From Protoeuglena noctilucae (Eukaryota), in the NCBI GenBank assembly GCA_958009085.1, contig OY253670.1, positions 1,302,001 to 1,366,000 on the forward strand: a DNA stretch of 64,000 nucleotides, read 5' to 3'. Of the stretch, positions 38,382-50,800 are shown piece after piece. The translations under genes and the position numbers were made by a program. The notes below the pieces were generated by a model, which was not told the origin of the DNA, made no database searches, and saw only the letters and a program-made list of their open reading frames with translations. Numbering within the stretch: position 1 is the stretch's first letter; the number at the start of each line of letters is the position of its first letter.

Positions 38382-41300
38382 TTAGAACTTGAACCGCTCC
38401 TCCTCCTGCGTCTCCTGCTGCTTGCGCTTGGCGTCCGCCTTGCGCGCCTGCTGCGCCGCCCTCGCCGCCACCATGTCCGACAGGTCCCCGCCCCCCCGCT
38501 TCATCTGCTCCTCCAGCAGACGCTGCTGGTACAGATCCCGGATAGCCTCCTCGTCCAGCCCCTCGATCTCCGTCGCGTCGATCGACACGTCCACGCCCGC
38601 CGACCCCACCTCCCCGCGGATGGCGTCCAGCTTGGCCAGGGCAGCCGTGCGCTTGTCCTGCGGTGCGGGAGGCAATTGCGAATCTCTGACAGGAGACTGT
38701 CAGAAGTGTTGGTCACCAAGAAAAGGCTCAGGCCCAGCTGAAACACCAGTCACTCTCGGCTCCGCATAGTTGTCCTCCCCATTCGCTCACCTGCCCCGGC
38801 AAGACGTAGACATGGTCGCTGCCCATGAGCCCCTGCCCCAGCGCCGTCTTGCGCTCCTCCAGCACCGTGTAGAGCTGCTTGGGGGCGCCCGCGGGCAGGG
38901 GCGTGGCCGCCGCGCTCTCGGGCGCCTGCTTGCGGATGTCCACGGCCCCCGGCGTGTGCAGGCCCTGCGGCACCGTCGACGCCACCGACGCCACCCCCGT
39001 CCGGATGCCCTCCCGCAGCCCGGGCTCCTCCCCCTCCTCGTCCTTCCCCTCCTCCTCCTCCTCCTCAGACGACTCCTCTTCCTCCTCCACCTCGGCAAAG
39101 TCACCCCACTGCGAGACGCGAGGACGAGGCAGGGAGGTAAGTCGCGCCAGTGTGCGCCGCGAGCCACGCGGGGTCACCCAGCACCGCCAACGGTTCGATG
39201 AGTGCTGATGCATCCACCAGTGACCTATCCCGCCTCTCACACCGCTGTTGACGTGTCCTTCACAACACATGCATATGCCCCAGCAACCCCGTCTGTGCTC
39301 GTCACCTTGGTGGACTTGTCCACCTGCTGCTCCGCCTGGTTCATGTGCTGGTACCAGTTCCCAAACACGTCCCCGTACAGCGGCCGGCCCATCATGTCCA
39401 CGGGCGGCTTGCCCCACTGCCCCTGCTCATAGCCGAACTGCGGGGGTCGAGGGGTAGACAATTGTTGGAGCTCACATAGAGAGGCACGTCACGATGTCCG
39501 TGTGCGCGATTGAGCCATCCCTGCCGTGTTGGCACGTGCGAGGCTCACCATGGCCCCGGGTGGGATGGGGGCGTTGAGGCCTGGGATCTTGAGCTCTGGG
39601 TAGGATGGGGGCGGGCCGTACCGCTGCATGTTGCGCAGCCAGGGGGGCGGCGCCGAGTCGTTCGGCATCCCCAGGGCGTCGCGGAGGGCGGCTGCGGGTG
39701 CGGGACAAGGGGCGGGGAGATGCGGACGCGGGTGCGCTGGCGAGGGCGACGAGCGCTGGCAAGAGACACGGCAAGAGACACCGACGGAGTCGACGAGTGA
39801 TGAGAGATGGCGCAGGTAGCAACCGTGTTTGTTTCGCGCAACGCCCTCCACCGCGCTCACTGGACACCACCCCCGGAATGAGGTTGTCTGGCCGGTGCTC
39901 AAACTCCTTTCCCTCGTAGTACAGGTCCCCCACGCGCGACATCTTCGGCTTCGTCTGGTACTTGAAGAAGGCGTCGTACATGATGCCGTACTCGATTTGC
40001 AGCTTGCCCATCTTGGGCCGCATGCGGCTGCGGGCCACCTGCTTCTGCTTCGACTGCGGGGGGCGAGGGGGGTGGACGCGTGACGGGGACGCTGCTGAGC
40101 TGCAATTGAGCTCATTTGCGGTGCTGACCGCGGCGTCCCGGCCAGGCATCAGCGGGCTTCACAATGGCGAGCAAAGCATGGCCCGTCGCTCCCTGCGCCG
40201 CCCTCCTCACCTGCGCCTGCTTCTCCAGGTACGCGTCGCGCATGTCGGTGATGCCCGTGGCTTCGATGTAGTCGGGGAGCTTGAAGGGAGGCTTCTCAAT
40301 GCCCCGCTTGCCCTGCAGGTAGGCGCGCTTCTGGGACCAGTGCCGGGGCACAGGCACCGAGTTCCTGTACGTGCGGGCGGGAGTCGTCGAGTGAAATGCA
40401 TGCGCTAACGCAGCTGCGACAGGTGCGAGCCGGTCCCGAGCTGCCCCTCGGCTCACTTGTACGCCTTGAGGTGCACCAGCAGGTGCGGGTCAGGTGCCGT
40501 CACGTCCCACACCTCCACCACGTCCGGCCGCGCGCACGTCCGCTTCAGCTCCGCCACCCGCATGCGCGCGGCCAGCTTGGCTTTCTTCTTTGACGCCTTC
40601 TCGCCCCCCTCCTCCCCGTCCTCCGCGCCCTCATCCGCCCCAAAGATGTCCTGCAGCCGAGGTAGAAGACCGCAACCATTCGTAACCAAACAGTAGTCCA
40701 TTACCATCCGCCATCGGCGTGGTCGCCTGCAGCTGTGCGACTGTGCCGGGTGAGCTTGTGCTCCGCAAAGGTCCCACCTTGGGCTCCTCCTTCACTGGGC
40801 CCGCCTCCGCCGCACCCTCCCCGGCCTTCTCCTCCTCGTCCCTCCCCGTCAGGCGGAAGAAGGCCCGCCGGATGTCCTCCATCACAGACCTCTCCGACCC
40901 CGGACCCACACCCGCCCCGTCCATCTCCACGTCCCCGTCGGCCTCCGCGATCGAAGCCACGATCGGCTTGCTTTCCATCGTCACATCCGCCTCCAAGATC
41001 TCCTGCGCAGACAGCGACGGCCGCCAGCCTCGCTCGACAATCCAGCATGCGCCACCCAAGACGCCACACGCGCCACAGCCCGAGGCATGCGCCCTCGGGC
41101 CTTGCCCGCACAGACCAAACAACCGCTCGACTCGCACCAATCTCGAGCAAGCCAAGACGCGCACTCCGCAGCCTCGCCTTGGGCAGCGGGGCCTCAACAT
41201 ACTCGAGAATGACGCTCTCCTCCCCATCGGCCTTTCCGTTCGCATTCTGCCCCTCCGCCTGCTTCTTCTCCTGTTCCTTCTTCGCTAACAGCTCCCTGCG

Positions 41301-41752
41301 AGCCAAGACCGGGACGGAGAGGCAAGACGTTGGCTCCCACGCGCTACCCACGCCGTTGGGGTGCGCCGGCGCCGCGGAATCGGGGCCGCTGGCGACCGGT
41401 CATTGCGAGAAGAACGCTCAACATACAAGGAACCCAGGATCGTTCCATCGCAGCCAGAAGACGTCCACAGCGGCGGCAGGGGACCAAGGCGGTGCGGTCC
41501 CGTGCGCAGGGCGTCCAGGCCCTCGGAGGAGCCCCAATAGCAGGCGGGCCGCGACCACCTCAACGGCAGCATGACAAAGCATGCGCGGGTGTCGCAGGAG
41601 GGGCTTGCAGGGCAAAGACGGGGCCCGTGCGCCCACCTCAGCTCCCGCCGGTGCTGCTTGGCATTCTTCTTCCGGAGCTTGCTCTTCTCCGTCTTGCTGC
41701 GCTTCCCATGCCCAGCCGACCCATTCTGCTCCGCCGCTTGGGCAGCGGTCAT
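38382..41752 (-). CDS. SF3B2: U2 snRNP splicing factor 3B subunit 2 (SAP145/Cus1); 9 exons
   Basis: VAELK...RPDVVEVWDVTAPDP, NSVPVPRHWSQKRAYLQGKRGIEKPPFKLP, GDLYYEGKE, PPWLRNMQRYGPPPSYP, GQWGKPPVD, C-terminal FKF*. GC-AG intron 41003-41177. Confidence 0.95.
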
Positions 41753-42453
41753 CCCGCAGCCCCGGCGACCGGCAGAAGCAATGCACGCGGAGCCCCTGCG
41801 CCTCGGAGATCCTCTCTCTGGACCTAAGGCGCAACGTCCGATGCTTTTGGACAATTTGGACGATCTGGGGAGACGTGTTGCCGCGGGATGGCCATGGCTG
41901 GTTCTCTCTGGCGCCAGAACTGCCGAGCTTCGTCCTCCGCTGCGATGGCCGCGTGCGATGACCTAAAGACATGTCATTGCTGTCGCTGGCGAGCTGACAC
42001 AGGGTCTCGTGCCGCCTGCAGCGCGTGAAACAGCGCATCTTCTGTCGTCCCCGACTCTCAGCTCGGACGCGCCGGCTACGCGGCCCCTCCCCGTCGCGAT
42101 GGGATTCAACGCCCTTGTTCCATCGACAGCCGGGACGATCGAGGAAGCGGCGGACTTCGGGGGGCCCAGCCAGGTGCGCCAGCACTGCTCGCCGCGTGCC
42201 CGTGCGGGACCATGGGATGGCCTCGCGTGCCGAAGCCAGCACATCCTGCTTTGGCGTAAAGGGTTGTTTCTGCTTACACCGCGCAGCCCGGTCTGCTGAG
42301 GCCCATCTGGGTTCTTATCTTCCACATCCGCAGCTCGCTGCACAGGGCGGCTCGCACGGGGTGGCGCGCAAGTCGGCCAGGTTCGTGACCAAGCGCGGCT
42401 GTGGCATCGCATCCATCACTGCGGCTGCGGTCGCCCGCTCGCCGACCGGTGGG

Positions 42454-44143
42454 ATGGAGGACCCTTCCCCCGCGCATCGCGCCCCGCCCGCGGTGAGCCG
42501 TTGCGATGGTTGCGAAGTCCACACCCTAAGCGTGCGCGCCACATCGTCCTCCGCCCTTTCGCATGCTTCTCCCGCTCCTCACCCCCTGCTCTTGCCTGAG
42601 AGTGCACACAGCACATGACCCCCACTCACCCTTCCCTCAGGGCCCGCAAGAAGTGGCCATGGTGGCGTCCTCGGCGACCGAGACCCGTGCGGTTCCCAAG
42701 GGGGTGCCTCAGTGGCGAGTGCTGGCGGGCGACCTTGCGGCAGGGGCAACGGCGGGGGCGGCGGTGGAGGCGGCCCTCTACCCCATTGACACCATCAAGA
42801 CCCGGCTGCAAGCCATGACAGAGTGAGCTGACGTGCGAAGGGTCTCGGTGGCATGTGCTGCACAGGCCTCCACGCCTGTTGACACTCGGAAGAGACTGAG
42901 TGGCACTCAGGCGAGGTACAGCCTTACGCTCATCCCTCGTTCGGCGGGTCGCAGGGGCGGTGGCATCCGCGCGCTCATCCAGAGGGGCGGGGGCAAGTCT
43001 CTGTACGCGGGCGTGTGGGGCAACCTGGCCGGGGTCATGCCTGCCTCGGCCCTCTTCATGGCCATCTATGAGCCAGCCAAGGTCCACTTGCCACCCCTGC
43101 TGCCAGGCGAGCCAGCCGCGCATCTGTAACGGGCGGCCAGGCTGCGTGACTGGCTGCCCATGGCGCCGTGCCGGCACGGGCAGTCGTGCCTGGGTGTCCT
43201 CGCGAATGACGAGTGGGCCGCCTTTGCCTACCCCCGCGTACCCCCGCCCACCCCCGCAGCCAACCTCGCCTTCCTCGCCCCCTTCACCGCCGGCGCCGCA
43301 GCTGGCCTGGGATCCTCGATCATCCGCGTCCCCACCGAGGTCGTCAAGCAGCGCATGCAGGCGAGCCGCACCGTCGACGCCCCCAGCTGCATCGCTCCCC
43401 GTGTCACCGCGCCGACGGAGCTTCTCCGCGTCGTTTCGTCTCGCAGACCGGCGAGTTCAAGCGGGCCACGACGGCCGTGCGGACCATCCTGGCCCAGGAA
43501 GGCCTGCGGGGCATGTACGCCGGCTACTCCTCCTTCCTCCTGCGCGACCTGCCCTTCGATGCCATCGAGTTCTTCTCCTACGAGCAGGGCAAGACGCTCT
43601 GGAAGGCCGCCGTGGGGGGCCGGGAGCTGACGCCAGGTGGGTGCGGGTGGGGCGTGGCCCCCGTTATAGCAGCGCTTTGGCCCCGGGAGGCTCACATGCT
43701 GCCAGCGCTGCGCTCTGCTCTCGTGCTGCTAGGTACCGAGTGCCAGTGCTGACGCGCCCCATCCGTCAACCGCCCGCAGTGGAGACGTCTGAGATTGGGG
43801 CTTGTGCCGGGGCGTTTACAGGGCTCATCACCACCCCGCTGGACGTGCTGAAGACCCGCATGATGACCCAGGGGTCGACCAAGGCTTACTCCGGAGTCCT
43901 GGACTGTGCAATGAAGGTGCGTGGGGGGCGCATCAATGCCGACCGAGCCAGTGCCTGACGATGGCGCTCACGGGGCGACTCACTGCGCCGCAGATCGCCA
44001 AAAACGAGGGCGGGGCGGCCTTCTTCCGCGGCTGGGAGCCCCGCGTGACGTGGATCGGCATTGGCGGATGCGTGTTCTTCACGGCGCTCGAGGCCAGCCG
44101 CAAGCTCTACGCCCCCAAGGCACAAGCCAAGGAGCTCAACTAG
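42454..44143 (+). CDS. Mitochondrial carrier family protein, S-adenosylmethionine carrier (SAMC)-like; start 42454 or 42659
   Basis: Three PX[DE]XX[KR] signatures (PIDTIKTR, PTEVVKQR, PLDVLKTR), RDLPFDAIEF, GIGGCVFF. GC-AG introns 43107-43259 and 43361-43446. Confidence 0.88.
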
Positions 44144-44263
44144 GGGACCCGTTGAACGTCTCTCACAGCGCCAATACCTGGCACTCACGCTGACAGCGAC
44201 GGCGCGCTGCCCAGGCTGCTGCAGTTCAGGACGTGGTGTTGCATCTGCGGGCAAAGAAGCTCT

Positions 44264-46402
44264 CTAGTTGCCACACCGCGCGCGCGGGGCGGGCGGGGCG
44301 GGCAGACCCGGCGCCAGCGAGCGTAGGGGCCTCACCCTCCGGATGAGGGCGTAGCAGAGGACGTGGAGGGCGAGCAGATAGGCGGGCACAGCCAGGCGCG
44401 AGGGCGGGTAGCGCTTGAGGAGGGCCGCGCAAGCGAGGGTGCTGCGGTCCACGGCGCGCAGAGCCGAGACCACCGGCGATCCGGGGCGGCTGGACGACGT
44501 GAGGCGGCTGAACCACCTGGGGAGGTGAACAGCGGAGAGCGCTGCACGGTTAGCCCCCGCGCCAAGCCACTACCAACACTGCAAGAGATGTGGCAGGTGT
44601 GCCTGAGAGGCTCACCCAAACGACTCGAGAGGCACCAAGTCGTCGATGAGCATCCGCGGGCGTGCCGCACTCGCAGAACTCTGTGCTTGGCTGGCAGCTC
44701 GCAATGCCTGAAGCTCTCCTCGCAGGCGCTGCGGAGGGGATGCGGGAGCGGACCTGGTGCCTGCCAGCGACTCCTGCATGTTGCACCCTTCCACATGTTC
44801 ACGCCACATCTTCATATCCTCACCTGCGCTGTCTGCTCAGCCAGGGCAATGCGGACGGACGCCTCCTGCCTCTCGCTCCGCTGCTCCTCCTGCCGCTGAA
44901 GCAGCGTCTGTCAGCGACCATGAAGGGCTACTTGTTGGTCTTGGTCCCAGAAGCACAAGGCAAGGCCGCCATCACACACACGTCGCCTGTCTGGGGCCAT
45001 AAGCGCCAACGCAGCCTTCGTTCACCTCTGTCAGCGACTGCACGCGGGACTGCAGTGTCGCCACCTCCGCCTCCCTGCCCGGGTCTGCCCGACTCTCCCC
45101 CGCCCGCCGGTCCCCCCCGCCTGCCCTCGTCAGCTGCTCGCTCATCGCGCGCACCCGTGCCTCCAGGTGCATCGCCCGTGCCTCGGCGTCCCTCGCTCGC
45201 GCCTCCTCCCTCCGCAGCGCCTCTTTTGAAGAAGCGAGCTCGCCCTCGGCCCTACGCAGCCGCGAGGCCAAGTCGCTCCCCTCCCCCGGCGCCTGCCCCG
45301 CCTCCCCGCGCCGTGCCGCCTCCGCGCGCAGCTGAGCCATGGCCCGGTGCGCGTCCTCCAACTGCGCAGCCGTCTGACTGGCGCCCCGCTGCAGCACGCC
45401 CATGGCCGCCGCAGCCTCGGCGAGCTGTGCCTCCAAAGCGGCCTGGTGCCTGGGGACGGCATCCTGATATCGTGTAATGTTTTATCAAGACACGCGAGCG
45501 TGGCCAGCAACGGAGTCACGCCCGCTCGCCTGGCGGCGTCGCCACGGGATGCCGCGTGCTGCTGCCGCTCCTGCTCCAGCTTGGTTTCTAGGGACGCCAC
45601 CTCCTCTCGAAGACTTTTCTGAGGCAGTGACGAGAGAACATGCACAATGGCCCCCACCCTTGCACCACAGACGCAAGGGTCGGGCACGTGCACAGGTGCC
45701 GCAGGCTCCTCACCATCGACTCGTCTTCAGACTGGTGGCGCTGCTGGACATCCCTCGCGACGCGCAGCTCTGCCGCCGCTTCCTCTGCCGCCCGCTTGGA
45801 CGCCTTGGCCTCCTCAAGCTGCAGCCCACGAGGCACCAGGACCTTCACAGCGCCACCGGCAGAGTTTCGCGCCCTTTGCAAGAGCCCAAGATGGCCCAGC
45901 CACTCGCCTGGCCTGCCAGGGACGCCACCTGGGCCTGCAAGCCCTGCACCGCGGACGCGTGCACAGCGTCCGCATCAGCTTTCTCTGCCTTCAGCGCAGC
46001 GAGCTGCCGCTGGAGCGCATCCGCCCGGTCTGCGACGCAGACAGGCTCTCTCCGTCTCATATGGCCAATCGTGCCCGTGCCTATCCTGCCCATGCTGGCG
46101 ATGCGCGCCGGGCGACGCCCGGTGTCCTCACCCGCATGAGATTGAGCTTCTTGATCCGCATCCCTGAGCAAATCGCGCAGGTTCTCGTTCGCGAGACGCA
46201 GATCGTGGACTTCTCGGCGCTCATCGCTCCCCCGCGGGGCATGAACTGTGTCCGCTACATCATGGGCGCCGTTTGAGACCGCAACGCCCTCCGCAGTGGG
46301 CTCGGCCGGAGGCGCTCCGCGAGTACGCGATCTTGCGCTGCGATCGGAGCCTTCCAACGCGTTTTCTAGCCCTTTCAGTCCTTCCTTAAGCCACGACGCC
46401 AT
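44264..46402 (-). CDS. Golgin-84-like coiled-coil protein with C-terminal transmembrane anchor
   Basis: N-terminal MASWLK...LENALE..DR, coiled coil, C-terminal VDRST...LLKRYPPSRL...YLLALHVL matching the golgin-84 tail pattern. GC-AG introns 45450-45529 and 45819-45907. Confidence 0.7.
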
Positions 46403-46523
46403 GAAAAATGCTGCGGTGTCTCTGCCATAAGCTGATCTGCCACAAATGCTATCGTCAGAGCAAAGCGTTTGCCAAATAATACAAGACCCACGCTGGCGGA
46501 GCACAGCAGGTGAGGCCAATTCG

Positions 46524-47458
46524 TCAAACTTGCACCGCGTCCTTGCGATACGTCGTCTCGGGAAATCCCCCGCGCATGGATGCGAACCTCGCTGCCGTGA
46601 ACAGGTAGTCGCTGAGCCGGTTGAGGAAGCGCGCCACGATGGGGTCCGTGTCCGGGCTCGCTCCTTCCCCATCTCCCACAGTGAGCGGCAGCACTGATCG
46701 CTCCGCACGTCGGCAAACGGACCTGCGGACAGGGCAGGGCAGGGACGCCACTGTGGCGCTTGTTCCACGACAGCGACGCGATGGCGTCCCGCGGGATGGC
46801 AGGCACCCCCCTTGGCAAGCTCACCGGGCAAGGTGGAGGTGTGCGCCCGCCATGCCACCCGAAGGGAGGATGAAAGAGGAGAGGGGCGGCAGCTGGTCGT
46901 CCATCTCATCTATCCACCTCTCGAGCTGCTCCACACTTGCCGCGTTGAATTGCACCCGTGCCGTCTTGAACTTGGAGCTGCAAATCGTATAGCGTTCGCG
47001 ACTCAGCTGAGCAGCGCACAGTCTGGGCGCTGTCCAAATGCTTCATGTGCGAGGCAATGCACTCACGAACTCGAAGCCGGCGTGGCAACGGCAGACCCAA
47101 CGTCCAGGAGGCGCGACTGGATCTCCATCAGTTGCAGGGACAGCTCGTCGAGGCCGCCCTGCTCCCGCACGTACTCCCGGCTGACGCCCACGACAGAATT
47201 CTGCGCTCCAGCGAAAGATATGCACGGTGAGGCCAGCGCGGGCGCGTGAGGACGACCAGCACGAGCGGGGATGCGAAGTGCGAGTGGTCCCCACGTTCCA
47301 GCTCGCGAATTCGATGGTGTAGCGAGCGTCACCAGCTCATCGACGTCTCCAAGAGCCTGGAACACCGGGTCCTGCTTCGACCGCCGCTCCCCGCTGAAGA
47401 GGGAAGACGTCCCGTCGTCCCCCGTCCGCGTGTAGCACCGGAATCGCTGCTGAGACAT
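46524..47458 (-). CDS. MMAB: ATP:cob(I)alamin adenosyltransferase (PduO/MMAB type); 4 exons
   Basis: [72 protein letters not shown]. Three GT-AG introns. Confidence 0.93.
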
Positions 47459-47892
47459 CGCTCTCCGGTCGCCGGTGTCACAGGGGGCGGATGGTGGCCG
47501 CGGGTTATCTATGGAATGGGCGGGATGAGCAGATGGTCACGGAGTCGAGGAATGTGCTGCAGGTCTGGCACTCACGTCTCGCGCCGCAAACCGGGATCTT
47601 ACTAGGCCTTCACTACGCTGGCCTCGCTCCATTGCGCGCATCCCTCGTAGCCCGATCTGCGTGCATTCCGCACACGCATTCCACCGCTGCTGCGATCCCA
47701 TCTGCGCGCAGCAGGGCTGCTTGGCATCACAAGGATCGCGAGAGAGTGCACGCGTTGGAGAGCCAGGCTGTGACTGTGTCGTTCTGCCTGGGGCAGCCGC
47801 GCGGTGCCTGGACCTCCCGCAGCAGGCACAGCGCATCGTGCGTGGCCTAGCCAACCCGCTTACCGGGGCCTTGTGCCGCCGCGCGAGCCAAG

Positions 47893-50800
47893 ATGTGCAC
47901 GATTGAAAAGATGGAGATCCGGGGCATCCGGTCCTTCAGCCCGCTATCCAGCTCAGGCAAGCACGCTCCCTTGGTTGCTGCTCCTGCCGTCGCGCACGCC
48001 TCCTGACGACATCGACGACGACCGTGCCGTGTCCTTGACCCCGCAGTCATCACGTTCTCCAAGCCCCTGTGTCTCATCGTGGGCCACAACGGCGCCGGGA
48101 AGACGGTGAGTGCCGGGGCGGGACGAGCTGCGCCTTGGCTCTGTCCTCCGGCCCTTCCTAACGCGGATGCGAATTCAATTCGATCTCTCTCAACTCCCCA
48201 GACCATTATCGAGTGCCTTAAGCAGGCCTGCACGGGGGAGCTTCCCCCCAACTGCCGCAGCGGGCACAGCTTCATCCACGACCCGAAGGCGAGCAGGCTG
48301 GGTACATTAATATGCATGTTCTCACCCGTGCACCTGTCAGATGACCCGCTGCGTCGCGTGTCGGGGCCCCGGGGGCTGCTGCACCCTGTCATGGTCTTGC
48401 TCTGCGTGTCGCAGATTTCCGGCGACCACGAGGTGCGAGGGCAGGTCAAGCTCAAGATCATAGGAACGCAAGGCGTGCCCGTGGTCGTCACGCGCTCGTT
48501 CATGGCGAAGCAGACCCAGAAGACGCTGCAGTTCAAGTCCCTGGACGCCAGCCTCACCACGCGGTGCGGGCACTGCAGCAGCCACAGCGCCCGCTGCCAC
48601 CCGCGTGCCCCTCGCTCACTCCGTCGCTTGCGATGTCGCCGCCCGCAGCAAGGAGGGGACTAGCAAGGCCGAGTCCATCTCGTACAAGTGTGCCGAGGTC
48701 GACAAGATGGTGCCCTCGATCATGGGCGTGTCCGAGGCCGTGCTGGAGAACGTCATCTTCGTGCACCAGGAGGACTCGACCTGGCCGCTCGCAGAGGGGT
48801 CGGTGCTGAAGAAGAAATTCGACGACATCTTCGCCGCCACCAAGGTTGGTGGGCTGTGCCGCCTTACACCGCCACTTCGACGTTGCCAGCCGCTGCGCTC
48901 GCTCACCGCGTGCCTCTGCTCGCGCGCCGCAGTACTCCAAGGCCTTAGAGCAGCTGCACCGCCTGGTGAAGGAGCAGAAGGCGCTGGCCAAGGAAGCCAA
49001 GCTGAAGCTGGAGACCTGCCGGGTGGTCAAGGAGCAGGCGGAGAAGCTGCGGCGGGACATCCGGGACAACGGTGAGCGCCTTGACCGACGCCCAGGCTCG
49101 TTTCAGTGGACCTGGGCGCCTTGCGTGCCCTGCGAGGTCGCATTGATGCCCAGCAACCTGTGAGCCTTCTTTTGTGTCCGCAGAGCTGAATGCGCAGAAT
49201 TTCCAGGAGAAGATTGAGGCGGCGCGTGCGCGCGTGGAGACGCACAAGGAGCAGCTGCGCGCGGCCAACGAGAAGCTCAGGCGCATCGCGGAGCTCTCGC
49301 AGGAGATCACCGACCTGCAGGCGCGCCACGAGGTGCAGCACAAGGTGAGCGGGGAGGGGGGGTCGTTCGACGTTGGCGACACGTGGTTATGGACGGGTGC
49401 GGGGTTGGGGCTGTCGAGGAGCTGGTTTGTGACGGTGGGGCGTGCTCTGCTCGCAGCAACTGACCGAGCTGCGGACGAGGATGGGGCCCCAGGCGGACTT
49501 CAAAGAGACGCTGGAAGAGCTGGAGAAGGCGAGGAGCTGTGCGCAGGCTGGGCTCTGGACCAGATCACTCAGTAGCATGCGTGATGACTCATCGCGTCTC
49601 TCCGGGTTTGTCCTCAGGCGATGGACGAGCAGGTGGAGGGCAAGATGGCGGCGATGCGCGCCGAGATGCACAGCCGGCGCCACGACATGTCGCTCAAGGG
49701 CCAGGAGCTGGACGCCATGAAGGCGGCATACTCTGACGCATGCAAGCGGCAGGGGCGACTGGTCGCCGAGGTGCGGCTGGGCTGGGGTTGCGGTCAGCGA
49801 TGCATCTTATGGGATCGTTGACTGAGACGCGACGTGCATGCGATGCCCACTTCAGCGGGTGGAGATTGGGTCGTGTGTTGATGGCCGCCTCTCTCGGCAT
49901 GCGCAGGTGGATCAGCTCACGGAGCAGGTCAAGCAGCGGGACGCGCTCCTCTCGGCGGAGGGCTCCAAGCTCGGCGTCACGGGCCTGGGCCTCCACGACG
50001 GGCGGCTGTCCGACGACCAAGTGCAGCACGGCCTCCGGTCCCTCTCAGCCCTGGTGAGCAACCTTCAGCGACCTCTCGCTCGGCCCTTCTGATCCGTGCG
50101 TGTGCTGAGTTAGAAAGGTGCGGATGAGTCTTATGACCCAACCTCGCGTGGTGCTGTCGCAGGCGGACCAGTGTGTCGCGGAGCTCCAGGCCATGAAGGA
50201 CCGTCACCGTCGAGCGGACGAGGCGCTGGCGGCCAGGGTGGACGCGGCGACGGCCGAGCTCACGGCCGCGTCCGAAGTGCGCAGGGCGGCCCTGGGGCGG
50301 AGGGAGGCCAGCGACCGCAAGGCCGCGGCGCTGCAGGCGCGGCTCGCGGGGATGCCGGCCACGGGCGATGCGCTGCGGGAGGCGGAGGAAAGGGAGAGGC
50401 AGGCGAGACCGCGCGCTGTGAACCTGCATTGCACGTGCGCTCGGCGTGCCACTGCCCAACCAACACATGTCGCACCCCTGCAGGCACGCGAGGTGTTGAT
50501 GCGCAAGCAGCAGGAGCTCTCAGAGCAAGACCTGGAGTCGAGGGCCGACGAGCTGGTCCTGCAGGTCGCGGACGCCACGCGCAAGGCGCAGCGGCTGCGG
50601 GCGCGTCGGGACCAGCTGGCCCAGGCGGCCGCCAGCACCGCGCGGCTCAGGCGAGGGCCGGGGACTGGCACGCGCTCATTGCTACCACCCGCCCGGGTCC
50701 CTGCGCGGCTGACGTGCGATGCTCGTCTGCTCGTCGCAGGGTCAAGCGCCAGGACCTGGCCTCGAAGGAGCAGCAGCTGGAGGGGGTCGTGACGGGCGGC

